64,000 nt of DNA, from the NCBI GenBank assembly GCA_973895155.1, contig OZ316893.1, positions 15,468,645-15,532,644 on the forward strand, in the 5' to 3' direction. The translations under genes and the position numbers were made by a program. The stretch's first letter is position 1, and every line of letters starts with the position of its first letter. Shown piece by piece: positions 25,043 to 38,600 of this stretch. A model generated the notes under the pieces. That model ran no database searches. It saw nothing but the letters and a program-made list of their open reading frames with translations, and was not told where the DNA came from. Source of the stretch: Marsupella aquatica. Lineage: Eukaryota; Plantae; Marchantiophyta.

Positions 25043-28000
25043 AAGGAACCTGACAGCTTGCCTTATTACTTGGGGACAGTCTGAGTGGAAGTATTCTGGC
25101 TAAGTTTTGTAATCCAGGAAGCCGAGACATTTTCTTCGACCTAAACAGTAAGCATTTGACGACGGGTTTGACGATTAATATTAAAATCACTTTTCGGTAC
25201 TATATTATCTTTTGCTGGCTGGACCTGTCCAGGGGAATATCTCGCGCAGACACCCACGCTTCTTTCTCCCCTGATCGAACATATTTAGAGTACGCGCCTT
25301 CGCATTTTGGTTTAGAATTCCATTGAATGTCGAGCTGGTTTTGCACTGCGGCCCTGGAAAGTCACCATTGATAGTTGGTATCCTTGTATCTGTTTTGTTG
25401 AACTCAGGTGAAGTTCAAACTAAGGTAAATATGCAGAATGGATTCATTTAGTTGTGAATGAGAATGATCTCACGTACTGGTTGTCCTGACAGCTGGTATG
25501 AATTGTATCGTCTGATTCCAACAAAATCTTACTTTCTTTTCTCATCCACGTTCAGACGCCTCCCTTAAGTTCATCATGACGCGCAAAAGCTAGCTTGAAT
25601 AGTTCACAAACGTTTCAAAGGAAATGTGAAGTATGAAGCTGTCATCAAAGAAGTTCAGGATATGTATTAGTATTATGTGTTAAAAAATTGCTGCATTGGA
25701 GAACCTCAAACGTTTCCTAGTTTGAACAGTGGAGGTGGGACAAAGTCACCGTTACCTAGAGGTGAGGCTCCATCACAATCCAGAAAGTTGTCACTAGTCT
25801 TTCCAAGTCCCCAAGCTAACTCCACTGCCTAAATTTCATTCGGTCTACCGTGTTTTTGAGAAGTAATACATTATGTCATCTGCTTGCCACCCTCAAACCA
25901 ATTCTAGATTTCTGAATGAGTGGGAATGAGTCATGGTATTGTTGTGTTGGAGAGTAGTAGCACAAGACACTGTCACCCAAAATTAATCTACTTTTCTGAA
26001 TGACTGGGAATCAGTCATTGGATTATAGTGGAGGAGAGTACTAGCAAAAGACCGTGTCACTTTCATCCCTTCGTCGAAGTCCTTGTGCTTGCTTAGAGAC
26101 TAATTATTGCTGGACGTTGAGAACGAGGTATTGAATTGGCCGAGGAGTTACTTACTCTGCTGCATTTGTGTAGTTTTAAGTCCCGGCACTTTCAACTGTT
26201 GAAGGTGACCAACCTCGTGACAATGGGAGAAAACTACATTATCGAGTAGGGTGGGATTTGAATCCAGGATTTCTAGCCTGGAACAAATTCACTGAACAGC
26301 TTAGGGTATCGCTGTGACTAGTTTCCCTCCACGCGTACTCTGTTCCTTTATTTTCCTGTTTCCTGGTTTTGCCTTTTCTTTATTTTCATCTCCTCTTCGC
26401 TCCAACACCGCATACTTCCCTCTTTTCAATTTTCATAGATTGTTCGCAGAACCATGCTTTCCTCTTTTCAGCTTCACCGCTCCATCGCAACTGTCAAGGC
26501 TCTTCGCTATTCTCTTCAGACCTTCCTCTGCTTTTAGGACTCGGGATTCTTACCTCCTCTTTAGGGTCTGAATCCTCTACTTCCAGAGAATCTCCCTCTC
26601 CGCTCCTCTTCAACAATACATATTTCCTCCTACTATTTGTTCGCAAATGTCGGGGGCTTCACTAGAAGGGGTTCGTCCTAAATTGACACACATAATGGTT
26701 TTGGGTAGTGTAACCCTACGAAGAAAAAAATGGATCTCAACACCCTTTACGTATCACCCTTCACTTATCTTTTCTTGAGATACTTAAATTAGATTAGAAA
26801 CCACATTATATTGTTACACAAAAATTTATGAGTATTCAACTAAACCAAAGAGAGAGAAACGGTGTACTTATGCGCACCTGAGTCAAGGCCCTTGGTCATT
26901 CTCTTCAGTTTTTCCTCTGCTTCAAGATTCCAACTCTTTACGGTCTGAATCCTTCTTATCTTCCTCTAATTCCATAGAATCTACCTCTCCTTCTTAGTAC
27001 GAAGCCACAGCTCTCAAACAAACTTGAACAATCTTGCAGGCAGGAGACTACCAGGAGGTGCTGCTGTAATGGAAACCTAATAATACACCAATGAACGTCC
27101 GAACACGTTCAATCTGCCTTCCACACATGCTACCGTCCGAAAAACAAACATTTGCCTCCTTCCAAACGAGAAATGTTCTACCTTAACTTCCACGCACAGA
27201 GCGCTCAAAATTGCTTCCTGATTCCCCACACCCACACACGTATTACAGACACACGTCGAGAAGCTTGCTGCTGCCTTCTTCCGCACAAGAGACCCTCAAA
27301 GAATTGTCTAGCACTCTGCCACTTGCGAGTCTAGGAGTCAACTTGCCTGAGACCTTTGTTTTCCGTCCCTTGACGGATGGAAGTCAATGCAACTTTAGAG
27401 ATTCTGAACCGCAACCGGGCTATAACTAACAGGGCGGGGATTAGCTGCGCATCTTTGCACCCTCGTTCTCACTGGAAGATTCTGCTGGCTCCTTAAGATT
27501 TTAATGACTTGAGAGTTCGATCTATTTGATCCTTGCGGAGATCCAATATTTGGCGACATCATGACTAATGCTGCTGGAAATCCACAAAGGGAGGCTACGA
27601 GAGTGTTGGTGCACTGTGAGGGGTTTGATCGGGCAACATTGTATCGATGGATCTTGATTGGAGCTTTGATCCGTTCCGAGGCCGAAGTCTATTCCATGTA
27701 CTGGTGGCTAAATCAAGCCAGGAAATGAGAGAATATTTATCGCAGACAATGCTTTAGCGATTGACGTTGACAATGCCAGCTGAATTGTAGCTACACAAAA
27801 AATTGAGCTTTACTGGGATTCGGTTCTTCTCTTAAATTAAGGTGATGCTATATGAACGCGAGATCTTATTCATTTCTCTGGACAGCATTGGATTGTGGAA
27901 ATTAGGTTTGTGGCTCTCCACAACTCCCAGAGAGCAGAGCCCCAAGCCACAAGGCTTGCATGCATGATATAGATACATAGTTCTAATGTTTGATTGTTTC

Positions 28001-28967
28001 AACTTATTCAAAAATAATGTGACAACTAAGCTACAATATCAATGTAAGATTTATTATAACCATTTTCTTGTATAATTCATATTTTCAAGGCAAGGATTTG
28101 TGGCTTTATGCCACTCTGGCTTTATGCAAAGGCATTGTAAGTTTCGGCTCTGCCCTCTAGGAGTTGTGCATTGTTGTTTCCATGGATAATATTCTGGCTT
28201 ATTTCTCCCCATTTGTGGGGATTTTCAAATTTAGCATGAATTGATCATAGACAATATTCCCATTTGCAGAAAACTTTTCTGGTTAACATTCCACTGAAAG
28301 TTAGTGATGTTGAGCACCCCCATGGGAGGTGCTTTCCAAATGCCTTGGCATCATGTGTGGTCACATAATCAATTTCTGTCACAAATGGAAGACTCTGATT
28401 CTGGACAAGTAGACATGATCGACCATTTGTGTTTGACACAAGGCCTTGAACATAACAATTAGACGAAGAACCCTTAAAAAAAAACCATTGCAAACACGTC
28501 AGGAGTGAATGTTAAATAAAATAAAATAACACACTGCAGGGGTAGCAAGCCGAATGGTAGACAACGGTCATAAGAAATGGTGCATGATGTGGATTTCTTT
28601 TATTGACCATCACATTAAGTTTTAATAATGCTATATTTTTGCCCTTGTATGCATATTTAGTACAATAGGCACGGGTCTACATTTTTATGTGGAGTAAACA
28701 GATTTTCACTTTTCAACTTTTTGGTTTTCTTCTTTTTCCACATGAGATTAAAAAATTATTATTAAGATTGCTAGCTTATGATTTTATGAAAGTATTTTTG
28801 GATTTTCAACAAAAAAAACCTGAAAGTCTGGGTAGTTTGCTTAGAACTAAAATGCACAGGGCCACTATAATATTTAATCCCATCATGTGACACATATATT
28901 TAATCCCATATGACACGTATATTTAATCCCATGTGACACGTATATTTAATCTCATATCCCACGGACA

Positions 28968-29312
28968 TGTTGAGCATAGACGACGATCGCAACGGCAAGC
29001 TCATGAACCATCCAATGCACAATAGTCGACACAGAGAGATACGTGGTTCACCTCCATATGAGGCTACGTCCACGGGAACACACAGGAGCTTTACTGCACT
29101 CTAGGCCGACCGGCCATACCAAGCATCCACAACACAAGCTCTCCCTATCTCTCAACTGGCTCCGTAACAATGAGCCTTAGTTCCTTCTCTCCAAGCAAAC
29201 ACTGCTTAATTATAGAGTGTGCACAGCATGACTAACCTAACCAAGTCTACGACTAAGGTTAGCCTTAACTACGGTGCAGTCGTGACTCTAGACCTAAGAG
29301 TAAATCCTAACA
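28968..29312 (-). mobile_element. 3' LTR (345 bp) of the Copia element
   Basis: TGTTG...TAACA termini. A polypurine tract (minus strand CAAGGGGGAGAT, 29313-29324) is immediately adjacent, downstream of the RNase H ORF. Confidence 0.85.
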
Positions 29313-32300
29313 ATCTCCCCCTTGACTCTGGTCTAGGGGAGGGTAAAGACTGCAACCTATATGATTGCTCAGCGGGAAGTTCTGGAAAGAAAAACCAAAC
29401 CGGTTTTTCCCTCTTTATACGAGAGTAGACCAGAACTAAGCCGTAGCCTATACAAGGAATGAGCAAGAGCATATCTCAGTATCTACACAAATGTTAAGTA
29501 ACCATACTTGTGAGGCAATTGCAAAACCTGCAACGCATCACGGTGTCTAGAAAAACTCTCCAAAGGAATCACTTTGGTAAAAGCGTCAGCCGGGTTGAGT
29601 TTACCGTCAATCTTGACTACCTCAAACATATTATCAGACATTGCTTGCCTGATAAAATGGTACCTGACGTCGATGTGCTTCACTCTACTGTCCATCACCT
29701 GGTTCACAGCAAGGTGGAGCGCACTCTGACTATCACAATGGAGCTTCACATTCCCCTGTGGCAATCCCATTTCAGTGATCAGTCTATCCAACCAAATCGC
29801 TTCCTTTGCTGCTTCTGCTGCTGCAACATACTCCGCTTCTGTAGTAGACTGAGCAATACACTTCTGCAAAATAGACCTCCAACTTATGCATCCACCTCCC
29901 AGTGTGAACACATAACCTGTTGTTGACCTCCTCCGATCCAGATTCTATGCATAGTCAGCATCTACATAGCCCATCAATGATCTAGCATTATCAGCATGTG
30001 CATCAAACAATAGACCATGATCCACGGTACCCTTCAAATACCGAATAATCCACTTCACTGCTTCCCAGTGTACCTTCCCTCGATTCAACATGTACCTGCT
30101 CACCTTGCCCATAGCCATGGCAAGATCAGGTCTAGTGCAAGTCATCAAATACATGAGACTCCCCACTGCCTTGTCATACAAAACCTTTGACATCAACCCC
30201 TTCTCAGTGTCATCTGTAGGACAGAACGCTGATGATAACTTGAAGTGTGGAGCCAACGGGGTACTTATTGGCTTGCTAATCCCCATGTTGAACCTTGCAA
30301 TTACCCCTGGGCCCTTAGCGTTACTAATACAGGGAGGAAGTGCGAACGACGCAAGGGTATTTTTAATGTAATGCAAACTAATTTTTATAATAATTTTTAA
30401 AGTCGGCAACATCCCTATATATACATTTGACACAATATTAGTAATAAGGCTCTTATCAAATACATGTCACATTACTCTTATGCAAGGGTACCCAAAATGT
30501 CAAGGACACGCATCACTATATGGTTGGTACACATGTCATGACTTCATTGGCACACCTGTCCATATAGTAAATCACACATTTAATTATTTGTTCTCCTAAG
30601 ACAAGTTTGTGTGCCCCCTTATGGTGGGACAAATGGGTTTTAGTAGACATGTTTACTCGCATTTTTAGGAGTTGAGTCGGGAGTTGAGTAAATGTTGGGT
30701 CGGGATCTTTGGGTCCAACTTGGTTGGGGCGGGGGTTGGGGTTTAGGGATTGATGGGGGATTGATGGGGACCATGGATCAATACCCCCTCCATAGCACAT
30801 AAACAAACAAGATTACTTTTGAAATGGGTTCAATCAAACGGCCAGGTGTGTTTGTGTGTGTGGGGTGGGGGTTTTGTACTCCCTTATCATTGGGGTGAGG
30901 GAGGTATCGGGGGCTGGCCACATTGGGGTTCACACAACAGGGTTTGCGTGACCCTCCCTTGCATTCCCCCTGCTTCTCTGCAGTTTAGGTCGTTGGATTT
31001 TAGACTGGCCATAGCGATCATTTGCTTGTTTGGGCCGGGGTTTGGGCTGCATGCGGCGTTGGATTTCAGACCCGCCATAGCTATGTTTGTTTGTTAGGCT
31101 ACACGCAGGGTCCGTCCCATGTGTATTCTCTGCTCTTGCACACAGTGAACTTATTCTTTCGGCTCCTCGCTTGGCAAAGTGAGTGCATGCCACCCTCTTG
31201 CTACCCCGGGCTTGCTACTTTGCGCGGTTGCGTTAACATGTACATGCCGTGATCTGATGTAACCTCTTTTGATACAGGTTTTAAGGCGGGTTTTTATTTC
31301 AGTCTTGTGTAGCTGACAGTTTTTGCACATGTTCTCACACAGGGCTTTTGGTTGGTGGACTCGGTGAAAGCCAAAGTGCAGGAAGCAAAACCTGCAGAGG
31401 AAGATGCTCGAGCTTGGAAGATATTGCTTTGCATGATCTCTTTTTGTCAATGTAAGTGTTTTGCCAAAAAGCAGCAAAATGCTTCTGAAGATGAGCTTTT
31501 TTATTGCAGATTGCAAGCAATCCATTCTGCAATGAAGCCAGCAACGAAGTAACCTGCATTTGGACAGCGACCCGGGACAGCGATCAATCGATGGCTTGGC
31601 ATGGCGTGGCGTGCGCAAGGAGTAATGCTGTAAGATGACGAGGACCCAAACATTGTAAAGAATATTGAGGGAAGGACGAGGGGAAGGAGCCCTCAATACG
31701 CAAAACGACAGCAGTTGAGTCCAATCATTCATTTGAACTGCCCCCGGAACTGCCCCGATAATTGCATGTTAACAAGTGAGTTGCTATTGACTTTTCAACA
31801 AACAGTTCTTCCATTTGTGATGTTTGTGTCGAGGAGTTGGGCTTGACTTGTCTGCAACAATGCTTACAGTGTACTCGTAGAATGTTTTGTGGCGAAAGAG
31901 ATAGAATGTGTGGTCTGCGTCAATGTTTTCCTTGTTTCGATCAGGCTATCTATTTTCTGAGCCCAACGTCATTTCCATAGCTTTCCTATTATTTAGTAAC
32001 GTAAAGAGCACTGAAGTAGCTCTTCATTTGCTTGGGAATGTTCTATTTCATTGAGACCAGACCAAAGTTTGTGATGGCGCGCTTCCGCTTTGCTACTGCT
32101 GGCGAACATGTTTGTCGAGGATGACAGTAAACAATCCCATTAGTGAGAAGCACAGTTTTGGCACGAGGCACAGGAAGAACCTCTTATATGTGATCAAGGA
32201 TAGCCTCGTTTTTGGGAACCAGTCCGTCAAGCACTGCTCGGCCATCGTGTTCGTCCCCACCACCGTATGTCACTCCTCCTCACCTTGTCACAGAGTTGCG

Positions 32301-33243
32301 TTCTGTGGCTATTTGGAAATTCCTTCATTCATTAATTCCTTGCATGATTTATTAATTCCTTCATTCATTGAAGGATTTGCCTTAGGCAAGAAGGCAGGCA
32401 GGAGTCCCGACAGGAGTTTGTCAAAGGCTACGGGCCACAGAGGAGAAGAGCTAAACGTAGGGGAGAGAGGTAGATCGAGAATCAGGGAAGAGTGTGTGGC
32501 ATCAAAAGAGGTCAGCAAGTATGGACAATTTCATTGTGACAACACTCAGTTATCTCTACTCAGTTAGAATATTGACCAATAATATCTAGTAACTAACTGT
32601 CACTGCGTACATGACAGGATCTAGTCGGAGTTACATTAGCTAGAAGACAGTTTCTCATTGAAGGACGGTCGGCGTGTTTGACAAAAACAGATGTAAGCCA
32701 CTATATTCCTCAATGTATCACACTATAAACCCTTCTGCATTTCCTCAACTTGGATCTGATGATTGCGCATTGCATACTGCGCGACTTTGTTAGTTGTGTA
32801 CCACTGCATTGATTCTATGCCTTTTGTGCCTCTGAGTCTACCATTGTCTTAAAGCCTCAGTCTTCGCTATCTTCTCCGTTGCATTGCCTTCTTTTGGTCA
32901 ACATATCGCTCCAACTACGTTTGGGATTGCAGTGACTGTTACGTGTTCCTTGCAGGTTCCAAATTGACTTCCACAACCTCTGCTTTTGTCTCATTATGGA
33001 AGGTGAAGTTTCCACCATTCCCAGGCATGTTCTTTAAGTTCTTGTTGTCTGTCAAATTTCGGGTAAAATTGTTTATTCTCGGAACACCATCAGTGTAGTT
33101 GAAGTCTACAACATGCGTGCCATGATCGCCATAGTGGGCGATGCTTGAGGCGAGCCGCATCCACATGACATGAATCTTGCGAGATTCATTAAATTAACAT
33201 ACATAGAGCAGTCCAGACGTATCAGTTCAGGGTCCAACCGTAC

Positions 33244-34021
33244 CTATGGACTGGGTAAAGAGCTCTGCTCTAGCTGTATTTAACCCTTGAAGATGAAGTT
33301 CTGGGTAATGCCCTTCAACTTCAGCGACAGCTCCAATCCGATCGAAAAGCGAAATTCCAGCTCCAAAATCTTTCAGCTTCCATTCAGTCCAGATTTTGAG
33401 TCCATTGTCGGCCTTTGCCAATCTCCACCCTACAATTCCTGTCCGGGTCATCGTAACAGACTTGATTTCACATGAAATTATTTTGTGCTGAAATAATACC
33501 TGAATTAACACTGTCGTCAGAAGGTCACATATTTTTGCAATTGTTCTTTCAATTGCTTCTCTGCAACCAGTCACACTGAACGGTAAACCCAGAAGCAAAT
33601 GGCCAATCATTTTGGGAGAATTGAGCTAGAAACACTATTATATAAAGTGAGGCTCAGCGTAGAGACCTTGCGAAGCAATGCCGTGGCTTCCTCCTCAGAC
33701 AGAGGAACAGTCCCTAGCTCTAGCGGCGTGTAGTTCCTCTCCGACAATCCCAGCAACGAGGGAGGAATTAGTATAATATGCTTAGTACCCTCATTGCCAA
33801 GACTTTTCTCACCAAAATTCCAAAGATGGCCACCGCGCGAGAGTATTTGACGACAAGTTGTAGTTGTGCACCCCACGAAATGAAGCCGAGCTCAAAGAGG
33901 CGAGCGCTGAGGGGGACGAGGAGGACGAGGACGTCGCTCTCGCACGGAAAGAAGGTGATGAAAGGGCGGGCGAGTGGCGAAGCAAACTGCTGGAGCAGCA
34001 GATCAGGGACGCAGCAGCCAT
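33244..34021 (-). pseudogene. RAF2: Captured fragment of Rubisco accumulation factor 2 (RAF2/SDIRIP1, PCD-like protein)
   Basis: Transit-peptide-like MAAASLICCSSSLLRHSPALSS..., then after a frameshift or deletion NFGEKSLGNEGTKHIILIP...PLSEEEATALLRK, an apparent intron (donor 33666), and IVGWRL...LKIWTEWKLKDFGAGISLFDRIGAVAEVEGHYPELHL...ARAELFTQSIG ending at a GT donor (33243). No final exon is recognisable. Confidence 0.8.
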
Positions 34022-35684
34022 AGCTCGATTTCCTTCAGCTTTGTAGATCTCATCGAGCACCGCTTCCTATATTCTCTTCGCCTTCTCTCTGCCTCCTACA
34101 CACAATCATCCGGGGAGTGTTCTTTTATTTGGAGACTGTAGAGGGCTCCAAGTGATTTCAACCCGGTTTGGACTTGTCCCCGGCTCAGTCCAACTTTGCC
34201 CAGTCTAGCAGACTATCTCTTTCGCTGGTTTATGAGATCAATTTTCTCCAAGTCTCCAGCTGCTCTACCTTGGTATCCACAACTTGACGCCAACGTACAG
34301 TAGTTGGCCGGTATTTTTGGCAGTAGCAGGACTAAAATTATCGTAGAATAGATGCTAAACTATGGTATCTTGTTGATATTTTGTAAGATTCTCTTTGTTG
34401 GTGGATTTGTACAGGTCTTGAAGTTTAATCAAGATTAGAATACTATCAATGAATGCCACCCCTGGTCAAGTTATTCTCGGCACTTCTATACTATATTACA
34501 GGTTTGTTTTCTAATTGCTTGTTATCTCTGTTTTGTCAACTGCCAAGAAGTCCAGGACTGTGGCTAATGCTTTTTGCATCTCCATTCATTCATTGTTGTT
34601 TGTCTGGAGCAGGCTTGTTGTTGTCGACTTCCAATGTGGATCTAGTTTCCGTCCCTGACCCGTTCAAGCAGCCAATGCAAATACACAAGTAAGTAAAGAA
34701 TCAGTGGTGCCTCTTCTTGCAGTCAGATGCCCTACTTTCATTTTGCCCTGCATTCCTGATTGTACGTTGTCTCTTGTACTGTCGATTCATGCTTGTTGTC
34801 TTGTATGAATCCGCTTACAAACAGGGCTTTGTGTGTTTGCTCAGGTAAGCATTTCTTTATGTTTTGTGAATTAGGCTTTGTCTTTCTGTTGTAGAAGTAG
34901 GACCGTTTGCAGGTCCCATCAAATCCAAGGAGACCATTGGGGAAGTAATGCCCTCAGTGGAGATTGTCAGATTTCATCCCTGACAATCTAGCGCTCTTTG
35001 GAGGCGAAGCAGGTGCAGGTAGCCTGGGAGGGGGGGGGGGAAGATTGCTTAGAGCCTTGCCAGATAGGATTTGGGTGGTCCATGGAATGTTGCTATTCAT
35101 GAATGGTCGAGCCTCTCTGAGCGAGTCTGTGAGTAAATAAATTTTGATCAGCCCATTGCACATGTCGAGGAGAGGGATTGGAGTGATGGGCCTGGCCCCG
35201 ACTGCACATGGACCAAGCACAGACTGGGACAAGCTAATATGTTGGGACAAGCTAATTCAGGACAAGCTTAAATGGCCATGTGCAGATCTCATACTCTCTT
35301 GTGCTTACGCTGAAACCAGAGTCCTTGCATGCAAAGGGTACGTCCCTTCCCACCCGAAAGGAGAAAGCTGCAATGGATCTTAGACAAGCCAATTACCATG
35401 AGAAATGGCCGGGATGGGGCAAGGCCCTTGTGGAATTGGTCTGGTGGATGCCGTCTTGACATATGGGCTTCCTTAGGCTACTTGTAGGAGGCCAAAACTT
35501 CCCAAATCCCCATGTTGAGCAATGTCATTGAATGGGTTGTTACAAAGTAACCCATAATTGGTTGAAGTGTTATGATTGTGTCCATTTTGATTGTGGTGCT
35601 TCTCTCTTGTCTTGTGCTATGTTTGCAGGCCTATGCCCCTAGCATATGTCAATTGGTTAGGGAATTAAACGTTGGACATAGAGG

Positions 35685-38600
35685 ATGCCGCCTGCCACTG
35701 TATTTCAAGCAGACTCTGAGTCAGGGGAACGGAAACCCCTGACATCATATAGCTACAAGATAGGTGAAACCTTTTATGATGCTAGAAAGAACTTGGAGTC
35801 AGGTTTTGACTTCGAGTTCCATTTCATGGACATCAACCTTGCTTGTAGAATGTTGGAGAAATTTGAGAGGTATAATCTGGTAGAGGATTGTGGTGGGAAG
35901 ATTGTCATTATCCCAAAATACCCCAACAATTTTGTCCAAGGAGATGTGCAGAATGGGTCACAACAAGTCCTTGGAAGTAGCCATGCATCCAATGGACCTG
36001 GTAGCACATCTTGTGGTACTCCCACAATAGATGAACCCTCTAACCAGCATGTAGGTGGCGCTCCATCTCAGGAGGCCCAACCTGCAAGTACCCCATCCCA
36101 GGATGGCCAGCCTATTGGTGGAGCCCCATCCCAGGAAGTTGAATCACAAGTCAGCCTAGAGTCTGAATTAATGTCTCATGACCTCAAAATAGCATGGGAG
36201 ACTTCTGTGACGAAGTTGATAGAGTGGATGACTTTTATTAAGTGTGTGGACCACAAATGGAAAGTCAGAACCTGGGACAAGGATGGTGTGCCTCGTGGGC
36301 ATATTGAGTGTTGTGAATGTGACTTCAGATATCAAGCAGTTGCATGTAGCAGTGTCAAGGGTGTGGATAAAACTATGGTCAATAATGTGTTTACAAACTT
36401 CAGAGTGAAACATTTGCCATCAAAAAAGCATGCTCGACGTGTAGCATCTAATAGGGGTGAGAAAGTGGATCACAGAGAGATTTCTCAGAGGGCTGAGGCT
36501 TGTACTCTGAATGATAGAGCCATACTTGATCAACATGTCAAGATTGTGGAGAAGATAAACTCAGCACAAATTGCTGGTGGGCTTGTTGGGTGTGATACCT
36601 TTACAGTAATAGGTGATGTGGACAAAGAGCCCCTAGAGTTGATGAAGTTCAAACTTCGTTGTGAGTTTTGTGCTGAAAACTTGACATTGATTCCAAAACA
36701 ACGCAATTTGGAAACAAATTTGGAAGCCCATGTGGGAGGCTTAAGTCATCTTAACTATGTCATGAGAAGTCAAAAGCCTGCTAGGGGTAACCCAGTGCAC
36801 AGTGGAAGGCCTGGAAGACCTCGTGCACCAGATGGAAGGGATGTGAAACAACAGAAAATAGTTGGGTTCTTAACTCGCCCCTCAACTGGAGGAGCTTCCA
36901 GTTCTAGTTCAAAAGACAAAGGTACTCTTGACAATCTCTCTTTGCTATGCTGGGGTCTCTGGCGTGATGTGGTGAAATATGGTTCAGATACCAGGCCTAT
37001 CAAGGAAATTTTAAATGATCAGCTTAAATTAGATGGGAACTGGTATGCGGAGCCCATAGTGAGGGCAGAGGTGTGGTGTTTGACGACTCAGGAAAACTGT
37101 GTGATCTCTGGTTTATTTAGACACAGAGAGTGTAGACGAATTTCGGAACTTGGTGGTGGGTTTATAGACTTATCCTGTACGCAATGTTTTAGCATAAAAA
37201 CAGAGCAGGACTTTCGACTCAGAGTTTACAGGGAGTACAAAGCTCTTGAAAAAAGAGGTTGTAGAACTACTGGTAAAGGTAGGCGCTTAGACTATTTGAC
37301 TATTCCAGAGGTCCAATACCAAGCTAAAAGTTATAGGAACCAAATTTTGAGAGAACGAAAGTTACAGAGAATCTTGAGTCACAAGCTACTCATGGCAAAG
37401 GCTCTGGTCCCCAGCATTAGTGAAGTGTGTCTTCACTATGAGGAACCAAACAAAGCAACTGTATTGAAATTCTGTCATTCAATAATATTGGCACACAAAC
37501 GAGGTGCCTTTGGTGGGAGAGGAGCTCTGTGGGATATGTTATCAGACATAGCACAGAACATCAATAGGGAGAAGACAGGATATCGTTTTAGGCCTGGAAC
37601 AAAACTTTTTTGCCAAACACTGTTTTTACATGGCGGAAGACGTGTAGTTGATTGTCTTGCAACCAATGGAATTGGTCCCACTCTCAACACCCTTCAAAGG
37701 GATAAGAGAGGCATGGTAGTGTTTCGTGCTGGAATTCATGTAGAGCAATTTCAGTTTATTGCGGAAGTATTTTCCAAATTGAAGGCTCGATTAAATATAC
37801 ATGGACCCATTCCATGCTCGGGGGTTTCACTTCCACAAAAATGGCACATCACGTGCGACGAAGTATAGGGTCGATTTATTGGTTTGAAGGGAAGACTTAA
37901 GAATTTTTGTAGAAGAACAATAGGGTCCTTTAAATTCAATTTTGAGACTTATAAGAATATTAGGGTCTTTTAAACCAAAATTTTGGAATATTCCAAGAAT
38001 ATTCCAACTTTATAGGGGTTGAAAAATAAATTTTTTTTCTTACATTTTAGGGGGTCTGAGGCCTAAAAACGTCGCAGGGGATGGGGAGACATCCATATAG
38101 TGAGACCCCTGAGATTCCATGCTTTTTGGCAGAGGACGAGACTTGTGTGAAGAGGACTGTGAGGTGACTATTCACTGCCTCCTCTTGCTCTAGTCATTCT
38201 TTTCCTTCAGTATGTATTTTTGTGCTACACAAAAATATTGAACAAGAACTAATGAAGAAGCCACCTGCTATTGGTTGCAGATGGCTGCCAAAACATGATA
38301 CTCTTCTTGGATTTTGTGGGACAAAAAAGGATCATGAGTGCAGTGTTGGCTTGGAGATCATAGTGGGGGAAGGAGAAGTTGGCTTCAACAACATTGCAGA
38401 TGCATTTGACAATTATGTTATAGCTCACCAGGCAAGGTGTTTGATAGTAAATGCCCTTGTTGCTGGATTCCCTCGATTGTGCATACTGGGGATGGGCACC
38501 TGTAACAAGTTTGATGCTCCATGGGTCAGGCGACAATGGAACAGCCTAGCCTCACTGTGGACAACTCATTGCCTAGAGTGTGTGGGGCCATTATTGGGTC

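Noticed and set aside
26490-26995. Local ~110-bp direct duplication flanking a ~220-bp AT-rich insert (also small duplications near 10043, 19495, 25910 and 28910)
   Set aside because: Degenerate, with no convincing TIR or TSD; ordinary intergenic turnover.
33244-34021. Functional host RAF2 gene
   Set aside because: Frameshift or deletion after the transit peptide, no last exon, and located between the transposon TIRs.
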